Of a stretch of DNA of 64,000 bases, positions 22,994 to 31,812 are shown piece after piece. Position 1 is the stretch's first letter. Each line of letters opens with the position of its first letter. The position numbers and the translations under genes are program-made. Source of the DNA: Vicugna vicugna (lineage: Eukaryota); contig MU061538.1 in NCBI GenBank assembly GCA_013265495.1, forward strand, positions 124,001 to 188,000. The letters run 5' to 3'. Under the pieces are notes generated by a model that saw only the letters and a list, made by a program, of their open reading frames with translations, searched no databases and had not been told where the DNA came from.

Positions 22994-25728
22994 GGAAAAA
23001 ACTACTCAGCCATGAAAAAGAATGAAATAATGCCATTTGCAGCAACATGGGTGGACCTACAAATAGTCATACTGAGTGAAATAAGTCAAACAGAGAAAGA
23101 ATAATACCATATGATATCATTCGTATGTGGAATCTTAAAAAAAGAGAAAAAGGACATAAATGAACTTATTTGCAAAACAGAAACAGATTCACAGACATAG
23201 AAAACAAACTTATGGTTACCAGGGGAGCAAAGGGGTGGGGAAAGATAAATTGGGAGTTCCAGATTAGCAGATGCTACTATATATAAAATAGATAAACAAG
23301 GACCTCCGGTCTGGCGCAGGGAACTGTACTCAATATCATGTAATAGTCTATGATGGAAAAGAGCGTGAGGAGGAATATATATGTGTGTACAGGTGAATCA
23401 TGCTGTACACCGGAAACTAACAACACTGTAAACCAGCTATGCTTCAGTTAAAGCAAACAGAAAAGAAGGAAAGAGCTGGGACGGCTTTGTCCTCAGATGC
23501 CTGGCAGAACTCCCCGGTGAGTCATCTGGATCTGGGGCTTTCTCCTGCAGACTTTGGGACGGACGGAAGCCTGTTCAGATGGTCTGTTTCTTCCCCAGTC
23601 GGTCTCGGTGGACTGTGCCTTTCAGGGGTTGGCCCGTCTCGTCGAGGCTGTCTGCTTTGTGGGCATAGTGTGTCTTGAGCGTCTTGAGCGTCCTTTTAAT
23701 GCCCTGTAGTGATGTCTCCTCTTCCACTTCTGATGCTAGTGATTCATGTCTTCTCCCTTTGTCTTTCAGCCTGGCTAGAGGCTTGTTGATAGCATTAAGT
23801 TTTCAAAGAATCAACTTTCGGTTTCATCGACTTTCTCTGTTGATTTCTTGTTTGCGGTTTTTTGATTAACTGCTCTGATTGTTACTGTTTCTCTTCGTCT
23901 GCCGGCTTTGGGTCTAACCTGCTCCTTTTTTCTGGTTCTCAAGGTGGAGGCTGAGATACGACTTTAGGAATTTCGTCTCCTCTGACAGGCCCCCCGGTGC
24001 CGTCATGTACCCGCTAAGCACAGCTTCTGCTGCATTGCACGGACTTTAGTGTTATGTTTTTGTTTTCATTCAGTTAAAAATACTTTAAGATTTTTCTTGA
24101 GATTTCTGCTTTGACCCCTGTGTTATGTAGAAGTGTGTTGTTTAATCTCCACACACGTCAGGATTTTCCAGTTATTTTCCTGTTACTGGTTTCTAGTTTA
24201 ATTCCACCTGGTCTGAGAGTAGACGCTGTGTGGATTTCTGTTCTTTTAAATCTGTTAAGATGTGTTTCGTGACCTAGGGTGTGTCCTGTCTTGGTGAGCA
24301 TCCACGCAAGCTTGAGAGGAGCGTGCACGGTGCTGCTGCTGGGTGCAGGGCCTGTGGGGATCAGCTGTGTCCTCACTGACGCTTTTCTGCTGGGCCTGCC
24401 CATTTCTGATACAGGGGTTTGCTTTATATATCTTGTGATCCCCATATTGGGAGCATATGCGTTTAGAACTGATACATCTTCTTGGTGAATTGACCCTTTT
24501 ATTGTTATGAAAGGTCCCTCTTTTTCTCTAGTAATACTTTCCCCCGTGATGTCCATTTTGTCAGGCATTAAGCCAGCTCCCCAGTGTCCTTTGGTGAACA
24601 TTTCCAGAGTGTTTGTGGCTTCTGTCAGGAGGAAGAAGCCCCACAGTGACTATGACACTGAAGCGCAGCCATGAGTCCTGTCCGGGTGCTGGTGTGATGG
24701 ACTGTGGGCTCGAGAGGGTGGCGGTGAGCTCTGGGTGACAGCAGCACTGCCCTGTGGAAGACACACGCCCAGGGCTAAGCTGGCTCCCGGACGAAGTCCT
24801 CAGACCTTGTGCTGGGACTGCTGGACGTCTCATCTCTGGGGGACGGAGGAGCTGTCCGTAGGGAGGTGCTGAGGGAGAAACCGGGCCAGAGCTGGCGCTC
24901 TGCTGAGTCCTGCTGGGGCCGCACAGCTGCTGGCTGGACAGCCACCCCTTGGGGCCTGGAGGGCAGTGCCCTGCGGTGCCGCTGTTCTGTCCAGGCCTCC
25001 TGGGGAGGGCTGGGCCCTGTGGGAACCTGGCCCCGGAGAGCATGTGTCTTCTGCGGGGGTCAGAGCCGAAAGAGAAAGCCCCTCCCACATGGGGAATGTC
25101 CCTCCAGTGCCCGCTGACCAGGACCGGTGCCGTGCCTCTGTGGGCCTCAGCTGGGCACTGGAGCGGGGGCTTGGGTGTCCTTGGTTGTGAGCCAAACACA
25201 TGCACTCAGTTACACGCTTTATTCTAGAGACTGGACTGTTTATGGTACAATTTCAAAAGGACATTTGAGGGAAAAACCCAACAGACTCTAGGTTTTATGA
25301 ACTTGTTCTATTTCTAGGCATGTGGGGAAGAGGGAAGTGATATTCTGATCTGGAGGAAACAAGACTGTGTATTTCTGAAAACACTTGTCAGTCCAGACAT
25401 GAAGCAAGGTCATCAGAATTACAAACTAGATAATTGATAAGTTACTGTCATAGGACATGGTAAAAATCTCAGAAATGCAAGCATTTTACAAGATTCCTTT
25501 GTTACAAATACCATTTCTAAGGTGAGAACTTGACTTGTGTTTAGTTAATTGAGAGGAAAGAGGGCTTAGAAGTTCAAAACTTACCCTACGGAGAAGGAAA
25601 GGATATTAACAGAATTTAAACACCGAGCATCTGTCGCTTGTTTCTGTAGCTAATTCCTTCTTTCTTTGTGTTTCAGATTTCTCTATGAATCATCATCAAG
25701 AACTTTGGGAGCACTTTTGAATTCATAA
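2092..25728 (+). CDS. NCAPG2: NCAPG2 (condensin II complex subunit G2), 5'-partial spliced CDS: join(2092-2271,3369-3521,7151-7373,7517-7620,9293-9466,10298-10368,11271-11424,11520-11693,12742-12858,12940-13080,13528-13627,15825-16012,16870-17010,18611-18714,19537-19637,20684-20783,25677-25728)
   Basis: 17 exons with GT-AG borders total 2277 nt (758 codons + TAA), and every phase matches the next exon. The translation runs [27 protein letters not shown]... to ...[17 protein letters not shown], colinear with the recalled human NCAPG2 C-terminal two-thirds. Upstream exons lie outside the window. Confidence 0.97.
2672..2777 (-). mobile_element. tRNA-derived SINE (camelid Vic-1-like) with target-site duplication
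   Basis: (TTTA)n tail, then ggggattgaacccaggacc...ctctaccactgagcta (antisense B/A boxes). TSD aaatccaggat(a/g)tta at 2657-2671 and 2778-2792. Confidence 0.85.
3369..3521 (+). CDS. NCAPG2: NCAPG2 exon, 153 nt ([19 protein letters not shown]...KVKAVRAAK)
   Basis: Long polypyrimidine tract then ttgtag|, donor AAG|gtaccg; translated by hand. Confidence 0.96.
7151..7373 (+). CDS. NCAPG2: NCAPG2 exon, 223 nt ([15 protein letters not shown]...HEHTACTNI)
   Basis: cacacag| acceptor, TAG|gtactg donor; overlaps ORF 7136..7456. Confidence 0.96.
7517..7620 (+). CDS. NCAPG2: NCAPG2 exon, 104 nt ([15 protein letters not shown]...[12 protein letters not shown])
   Basis: ttgtag| acceptor, AGG|gtgagt donor; includes the acidic stretch. 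Confidence 0.95.
7647..7705. other. Assembly gap (59 N) within a G-rich intronic tract
   Basis: Run of N flanked by GGG repeats. Confidence 0.99.
9293..9466 (+). CDS. NCAPG2: NCAPG2 exon, 174 nt ([19 protein letters not shown]...LPEYLKVFK)
   Basis: gcctcag| acceptor, AAG|gtgagc donor; ORF 9281..9535. Confidence 0.95.
9998..10076 (+). mobile_element. L2 3'-end remnant
   Basis: tgtctgttc...cagcaggtgctcagtaaatatttg resembles the L2 terminus. Confidence 0.6.
10298..10368 (+). CDS. NCAPG2: NCAPG2 exon, 71 nt ([23 protein letters not shown])
   Basis: ccttcag| acceptor, CAG|gtgccc donor. Confidence 0.94.
11271..11424 (+). CDS. NCAPG2: NCAPG2 exon, 154 nt ([13 protein letters not shown]...[10 protein letters not shown])
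   Basis: tttgcag| acceptor, AAG|gtaccc donor; contains [13 protein letters not shown]. Confidence 0.95.
11520..11693 (+). CDS. NCAPG2: NCAPG2 exon, 174 nt ([36 protein letters not shown]...ALETSK)
   Basis: ctcttag| acceptor, AAG|gtatct donor; translated by hand. Confidence 0.94.
12742..12858 (+). CDS. NCAPG2: NCAPG2 exon, 117 nt ([11 protein letters not shown]...[11 protein letters not shown])
   Basis: ttttacag| acceptor, AAG|gtgcgt donor. Confidence 0.95.
12940..13080 (+). CDS. NCAPG2: NCAPG2 exon, 141 nt ([16 protein letters not shown]...VYQQIIQ)
   Basis: ggacag| acceptor, CAG|gtcaga donor; translated by hand. Confidence 0.95.
13528..13627 (+). CDS. NCAPG2: NCAPG2 exon, 100 nt ([16 protein letters not shown]...SLGIMQT)
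   Basis: cccacag| acceptor, CAG|gtacac donor. Confidence 0.95.
14854..15111 (-). mobile_element. Young 5'-truncated L1 3' end (camelid type) with TSD
   Basis: Poly-T, then aacattttttattgagttatagtcattttacaatgttgtgtcaaattcc...ccttggcaacc. TSD ataataatc at 14845-14853 and 15112-15120. Confidence 0.85.
15825..16012 (+). CDS. NCAPG2: NCAPG2 exon, 188 nt ([11 protein letters not shown]...RKQPEEGLR)
   Basis: ctttgcag| acceptor, CGG|gtgcgg donor; ORF 15824..16147. Confidence 0.95.
16870..17010 (+). CDS. NCAPG2: NCAPG2 exon, 141 nt ([14 protein letters not shown]...EMSHRLRK)
   Basis: ttttgtag| acceptor, AAG|gtgaag donor. Confidence 0.95.
17955..18150. repeat. C-rich low-complexity repeat (CCACGCC/CCACCC units)
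   Basis: Repeated ccac(g/c)cc motifs; G-rich on the minus strand. Confidence 0.75.
18611..18714 (+). CDS. NCAPG2: NCAPG2 exon, 104 nt ([34 protein letters not shown])
   Basis: tgtttag| acceptor, CAG|gtaacc donor; translated by hand. Confidence 0.95.
19537..19637 (+). CDS. NCAPG2: NCAPG2 exon, 101 nt ([33 protein letters not shown])
   Basis: ttttgcag| acceptor, AAG|gttggt donor. Confidence 0.95.
20684..20783 (+). CDS. NCAPG2: NCAPG2 penultimate exon, 100 nt ([33 protein letters not shown])
   Basis: ccccacag| acceptor, GAG|gtgagc donor; translated by hand. Confidence 0.95.
21480..22088 (-). mobile_element. Old L1 ORF2 remnant, antisense, part 1 (RT-proximal region)
   Basis: ORF 21788..22135(-) reads PVLYSLFQ...[21 protein letters not shown], a degraded L1 ORF2 motif ([19 protein letters not shown]). 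Confidence 0.85.
22089..23469 (+). mobile_element. Younger 5'-truncated L1 (ORF2 C-terminus, 3' UTR, A-rich tail) nested in the older L1
   Basis: Translations [18 protein letters not shown] and [34 protein letters not shown]...CWWEC (L1 ORF2 Cys-rich end). TSD aaaga(a/g)ctgg at 22078-22087 and 23470-23479. Confidence 0.92.
22921..22992. repeat. (AC)n microsatellite, about 35 units, inside the L1
   Basis: Near-perfect AC run. Confidence 0.97.
23470..24600 (-). mobile_element. Old L1 ORF2 remnant, antisense, part 2 (endonuclease region)
   Basis: ORF 24158..24601(-) reads [28 protein letters not shown], the L1 endonuclease motif; continues part 1 across the nested L1. Confidence 0.85.
25677..25728 (+). 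CDS. NCAPG2: NCAPG2 last exon, coding part ([16 protein letters not shown])
   Basis: tgtttcag| acceptor; TAA at 25726-25728; matches the recalled NCAPG2 C-terminus. Confidence 0.96.
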
Positions 25729-26070
25729 CCAAGGCCACATCTTTGGTCGTGTAAAAATAGAGAAAAAGGACTTACAGAAAGCGAAATGAATGTGTATTTT
25801 CCTAGTGTTTTTAATGTCAATAACCCATCAATAATGAAAGCGTGGGATTTATTCGGGGTGGGTGTGAGTAGAAAACTCGGAAGTCCTTACACTTTTGCCC
25901 AGAGCCTGTGTAAATAATATACGTAATGTAAAGGACTCCAGGTATCATGGTGCGGAAACCCACGGTGCAAAGATACTTTTCTAGCAAACCTAGCTGTTTT
26001 TAAAGTGACTTTTATATTTAATAATTGCTTGCAGACTACAAGTAATAAAGCAATGACAACACCGATTTGT
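25729..26070 (+). other. NCAPG2: NCAPG2 3' UTR (3' end approximate)
   Basis: AU-rich sequence after the stop codon, up to the AATAAA and its downstream GU-rich element. Confidence 0.75.
26044..26049 (+). terminator. Polyadenylation signal of NCAPG2
   Basis: AATAAA followed about 15-30 nt later by a GU/U-rich tract (gatttgtgtgtttt); several UGUA motifs upstream. Confidence 0.75.
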
Positions 26071-27846
26071 GTGTTTTAAGATGTTGGTGTGCATTGTCCC
26101 CTTCAGGGACAAGGGCTGCGTTCTGAGGTGAGCCTGCCTTCCTCCCAGGAGGAGGGGAGCCACAGACGGAGCGGCTGGGCCGGCGGGGGTGGGCTGCCTG
26201 TCCATGACCCCGCCTCACCCTCCCTCAGCCACCGTGGTCTCCACACGCGGACCCCGTCAGCCGCTGTCCGGGCCTGGTGGGAGGAGGGAGCGGCTTCAAA
26301 CCCGTGCACGTCCTGTCCTCGGCCCCCCGCAGATGAGGAGAGAACACCGGTGCTTCAGTGCCTGTCCCTCTAGGAAGGCAAGAAGTGGGCTATTTACCGC
26401 ACTTACTGAGCATCTAGGGTTCTGAGAACTGGGAGGTAAGGTGGCTTCCTTTAGCTAACTTTGAACACATGACTTTCTGAACACCTTTGCTAACTAAGCT
26501 ATACTTTATATTGGTGAATTTGTGGTTTTTTCCTTTCATGCTCTTGCCTTGTTTGTGTCAAGAACAGGCAAACCTCATGAGATGAACCGAGGCGTGTTCT
26601 TTCTGTGCTCCTGGGGGAGTTTGTGCAAGACGAGAAATAGTTCCTTGGACGTGTGGCACTCAGCTAAAACTGTGAGCTTGGTGTTTGTTTTCTTTGTGGG
26701 AGGCGGTTAATTGGCTTTTTAATTTGCATACAAGTTTTCAGAGTAGTCAGGTTTTCTTTTATCTCTTATCTTGATGTGTGAAATCGTCCAATTTGTCAAC
26801 AAATATAATTCAGTTTCTGTTAGGCCAGAATAGGTGATAAAGTCCTGTCGGAGGCATACACCCTTAGAAGCCCCTGCACGTGTGTGGGGACGCGGAGTCG
26901 GGACGTGGAGCTTCAGGTCTGTGACAGCAAGGAGGGGACGGCTCAGATTCTCTGCGGGGAGGGCAGGCGGCCATGGGAGCCGGGGCCATAACTCCTACTT
27001 CACTGGGGAGCAGGTTTAAAACATGCAAAACTGAGCACTGTATTGCTTATGCTCACATGTGCGATGGTAATATATTGACAAACAAGGGAAAAATAAAGAC
27101 AAAAGCCAGAACACTGCTTATGAGAGGACAGTTAGGAGTCTCCAAAGGCAGTGACAGAAATGTTTCTTAAACTAGAAATAGTTCTGTTAGTCTCTCTGCC
27201 TTATGTGTGTTACAAACATTCTTTTGTATTTAGTATTTGACAAAAATTGAAAGAAACAAAATCGACGTGAGGGAGTGGGGGAAAGCAAAGGTGCCCCTGG
27301 GGACAGAAGTGTTATCGCCTGGGACGCAGCCGCGCACACGTGCCCACGGGCGGCCCTGAGGAGCCTGGGGGACGCACTGGCTGCGTGGAGTGAAGGTGCG
27401 ACGGTTGCCTGCAGACATGGGGGAGGCTCAGATGGGTGTGCGTGTGGACACCTTGTGAGGCCAGAAAACCCACTGCAGGGCTGTGTGCACAGGCCAGAAG
27501 CCTGCCCCGGGCACAGGCCCCGGTGTCCCAGAGCAGGCCCGGGGGCTCCCCAGCTGACGGCCATGGGTCACAGGACCCTGAACAGTAGGACCTGCTGGTG
27601 GTGAGTGGTCATCAGACGGGCAGATCAGAGGCCTTGTTCCTGCCCAAGAGGCAGGGAGAGGGTCCCTGGACAGGGCGTCCCACAATAGTCTGTGCAGCAC
27701 ATAAGTCCAGGATGATTGCCTCAGGGAAGTGGCCCCAGTGAGAAGTCACAGTCGTTTGCCCAGGTCCCAGACTGGAGCCAAGAGTGACTGAGAGGTCAGG
27801 TCCCCAGAAAGAAGGATGTGACTTGCCTAGTGTCTCCCCAGAGGGC

Positions 27847-27896
27847 CCTGGGGCCACATCCGGGGCTCCTGGGGCCACATCCGGGGCTCCTGGGGC
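27847..27896. repeat. 21-bp tandem duplication (cctggggccacatccggggct, about 2.4 copies)
   Basis: Two identical units plus a partial third. Confidence 0.9.
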
Positions 27897-28821
27897 TCAG
27901 CTCCTTGCCCCCCATGCCTGAGCCAGTGCCCCCTGGAGGGCCCAGGAATGTGCTTCCACGTCTGCCTAGTCTCCTGGGTGTCACGACACCTTCTATGGCT
28001 AACTTGGGACCAAATCACACTTCCTCCAGAAAACAAAGGACATTTCTGAAAATGGGTTAATTTCTGCGGCTGTCTTGCTAGTCTCCTGTTGCCTTCTCCG
28101 TCATGCTGCAGGCCTGTTTGGTGTTTTCTCCGAGCAAGGCGAAGTTTCCTAATTCGGGTTTCTCTGTGCTCCTGACACCAGTGTCTGCCTAGGAGCTTCT
28201 GCCCGCGAGGCACTGGCGTGTGCTCCTGTGGGTGACCCTGGCCGGGGGTCAGCAGGAACTGGCAGCCCACGGGTTTGCGCAGCAAACGCAGAGCGGTTTC
28301 CCTTCACACCTGAACCTAAAAGCTTTCCTCGGCCTCAGCCCAGTTTTCTGGGACTCTGGCCTCCAGAAGCCGTCACTGGCGTGGGCAGATGGCTCTCCTG
28401 CTTCTGGACAAAGTGTGTCAGGCAGACACTGGAGGAGGGCAGGCTCCCAGTCTGCGTGGAACCTCGGGCCTGCTCGGGTTAAGGCAAATGGACAAGCAGT
28501 CTGTCTTGTAGCTGGAAAATCTCTTGACTTACGACCTCACAAAATTGGCAGCTTTTAGGTTTATCCAGCAAATGGTCAGAAAGTTTGCCTCCACATCCTG
28601 ACACTGTCTCAGAAGTACCTCTCCACTGCTGTGGGCCGCGCCAGCCCCGGGCCTCGTGTCCTTTCGCAAGCACCCTGTCATGGTCGTGAGGACAACCTGC
28701 ATCTTCCCCACGACCTGTCCCCACGCGGGCCACGCCAGGAGAGGTGGTGGTGGGGGTCTCCACCGCCATAGTTCGAGTCATTGCAGGAGCACAGACGTCT
28801 GAGTTCAGAGAAGCTGGGATT

Positions 28822-29400
28822 GCTTTTTAGTTTTATTTTTTTGATTATGTTAGTGTACATTTTATTTTTTTTATAAAAAGCGTATTTTTTTATTGGAGTG
28901 CAGTCGGTCACAATGTACCAGTTTCTGGTGCACAGCACAGTGTCCCAGTCTTGCATACACACATGTATTCGTTTTCATACTTTGGTATTGTGTTTTAAAA
29001 CCTGAGTAATTTACATTCAGTGAAACACAACGATCTTAAGTGTACCTTTTGATGAGATTTGAAAAGTATACTCAACCACATAGTCCTAGTCCACTCAAGG
29101 CTAGAACATCCCTGTCACCCGGAAAGCCCCAGCCCCTCCCTCAAGGGGCACCCACTGCTGGCATCTTCGTCGGCACGGGGCGTGTGGCCTGTCTTTGATT
29201 TGATGGCGTGAGATGACGTGCGTCTTTGCCCCAGCAGCATGTTGGACTCCCCAGTGGACTCCTGGACTCCCGCGGAGGCTCCCTTGTCTGCATCGACGTT
29301 CTCTGCTGGGGAGACAGGGGAGAGCCCTTCCTTTGCCACGCTGATGATGCCTTGGCTCCTTTCCATTGCCAGCATCCGATTGGTGTTCTCCTGAGCTGCT
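28822..29400 (-). mobile_element. L1 3'-end fragments (a younger piece at ~28822-28985 next to an older L1M-type piece)
   Basis: T-rich tail, ttttattggagtgcagtc...gtttctggtgcacagcacagtg, then cttaagtgtac...agaacatccctgtcaccc, typical of L1 3' UTRs. Confidence 0.65.
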
Positions 29401-30861
29401 ACTTTACCAGGAGCCGCACGGCGGTGGTTTTGGGACTCTATCATTCTTTGCATTGATCACCTGGATTTTTTCCTGCAAAGAACTTTCCTTCAGTAACCAC
29501 TTGGTTACTCTCAAATTTTATTCATGGAAAAGTCAGGGTGAACACTTTGATTCCTTTACTTCACCGGTTTTTAGGAGAACGGCTTGGTGCCCCAGAAACC
29601 CCTAAAAGCCCCCAATGGGATCGTCATGAATGAGCGCATTTATGTCTGATGCGGATGGACCCATGGCAGGCACTTTTTATTGCCCCTTCAGGTTTGTTCT
29701 TGTGGTCCTTGAACACAACCCACTCTCCTAGAAAGTTTCTGTGCCAGGAGCTTCTCAAGTCTGGAGTTCTGTGCGTCACCCCTGGGGACGTTCTAGCCTG
29801 GCTTTGAAGTTAAACCTGGCCTGACATATTGGTTTAGCCTCTTGGTAGCTGCGACACTTTCTTTATCTCTGAAATCTGAGTAACAACAGCAATCATTTCA
29901 CATCAGCAAGGTATCAGATGTGAAGCACCTCTGAGATGCAGGAGGAGACAGCGAATGCTTCCCCTCGCCCCTTTTGGGGGACGGACTTGACAGCCACCCC
30001 GTGCACGGCAGCGTCCCACTGGGTGGGTGCCAGCCGAGGAGACCTGCCTGCTGAGAATTCCCACGTGCTGCTGTCGCCAAGGTGGCACTCAGGTGGCGGC
30101 ATTCCAGTTTTAATTGTAAATGGAGGTGAGGGTGCATGACATTCAAATTGGGATTTCCTCCAACCACTCCAGGTTACTGGTTCTCAGACGCCACCTGTTG
30201 GGAGTCCAGATCAGATGCAGATCTGTGTTGATTTGGTTTTCGTTTACCTCAATCAGCATCATTCAATTCTGCTTAGGACTTTAACCTCCCACCTGCTGTG
30301 TTCTCACGTCTGCTCCGTTTGATCAGAGAGACACTTGCCTCTCCAAAGGGGACTGCAGGTTAATGGGTTACGGCTTGTTGGGTCCTCTGTGAGCCTTAGG
30401 CTAGTAGACGAAGTGGAGACATCAGGGCACTGTCCTTGTGAATGAAGCCTCGCTCTGAGCAAAGTCCAGTTCCGAAACCCAAACAGCAACCCTCAGCCCT
30501 CTGATGGGACGTGGCCAAAGGAGGTGGACACATCAGACTGTAGACGCCCAGCTCCCAGCCCAGCCCAGAGCAGAGCTGGTCTGAAGAAGACGTGGTCCCT
30601 GTGGGCCCAGGTCACTTGGGGAGCAGATGACGGTGGGTGGCCCCGGGCTGAGGGCAGCGCCCGAGCCTCACGTGGTGTCCCTGCTGCTTTGCCAGGGCTC
30701 TTCCAGCCAGGCGGCCCTCATGTGCCGCCTGTCCACCTAGAACACCCAGCCTGTCGGAAGAAGGTGACTCCGCCAGGTTCACATTCGGGAGAAGGAGGGC
30801 TGATGCCTGCGGCCTCTGACTTCCTCTGAGTGAAAAAACAGCACCGAATTAACATGCAGCC

Positions 30862-31388
30862 TTGTACCAAGTCCAAGCTCGTCCTGCGCGCTGCACGACC
30901 GGCCACTAAGTCGTGAGGCAGGTTGTCGGGACAAGGAATAGCGACTTTATTCAGAAATCCAGCAGACTGAGAAGGTGGTGGACAGTGTCCCAGAGAACCG
31001 TCCTCCCCAGGTTTGGACGTTCTTTCTTTTACAGAACAAGGAGTTGGGGTGAGGAGGTAAAGTTAAAAGAAAAGGGTAATAAATTGTTGCAAGTGTTTCC
31101 TGGTTGCAGGCAGATTCCAGACTCCGGAGGGGAGGTCTTAATTTCTTCCTTCCGATCATTCACAGGGGGCCCTTGGCAGGATGCGTCCTGTGAGCTAAAC
31201 AGGTGTTTCAGCTCAGCGCTCATCCCCCGGGAGGCAGGGTTCCTGGAGGTGGGCGGCTGTGTCTGCTTGAGGCTTGCAGGCAACAACAGCCCCTTAGTGA
31301 TTAATTTGTAGCAAAAGAAACAGAATAAAAAGGTTAAAGCGAACGAAGCTGATCCAACTTGGAGTCAGATTTGTTCTTCCCTGCAGCA
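30862..31388 (-). mobile_element. Solo ERV1-class LTR (MER41-like artiodactyl family, name tentative)
   Basis: Begins tgtaccaagtccaagctcg and ends ggagtcagatttgttcttccctgcagca (TG...CA termini). Minus-strand AATAAA seen as tttatt at ~30946. Resembles the recalled consensus; no internal gag/pol sequence. Confidence 0.65.
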
Positions 31389-31614
31389 AGCACCCGGCTG
31401 AGCCCTTGCTCTGGAGAGGTCTGGGCACCACCGCAGGCACTGACCCCGGAGCTTCCTCCCTGGGCCACCCTGAGTCCACCCCGCACTGGCCTGGCATCCT
31501 GGGAGGACGTCAGGATCTCCCCCAGCTCAGTCCCTCCCGGAGGTGGGTCGCCTGGCTGCTGTTGGTGCCTCCCCTCGTTATGAGGCGTTTCTCTCACCAA
31601 CCACTGACACCGTC

Positions 31615-31812
31615 CATTAACAACAAGGACTCTTGCACACGGCTATGCAGAAAACACCTGGGCGGCACAGGGACCCACAGTCAGCACCTTGTAATAGCCT
31701 ACGATGGAAAAGAATCTGTACATGTAACTGAATCATTTTGCTGTACATCTGAAACTAACCCAACATTGGAAATCAACCATAGTTCAATTAAAAAATAAAA
31801 TTATAAAAAAAA
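31615..31812 (+). mobile_element. L1 3'-end fragment with A tail
   Basis: aacaaggac...cttgtaatagcctacgatggaaaagaatctg...gtaactgaatca...gctgtacatctgaaactaac...aaaaaataaaa. Confidence 0.8.

Noticed and set aside
27847..27896. CRISPR-like or other spacer-repeat array
   Set aside because: Simple head-to-tail duplication with no spacers, in a eukaryotic context; no array is seen anywhere in the window
30180..30210. Retroviral primer-binding site (aaca-ggTGGCG on the minus strand)
   Set aside because: The sequence after TGGCG does not match a tRNA 3' end I recognise, and no adjacent LTR end or gag sequence is present
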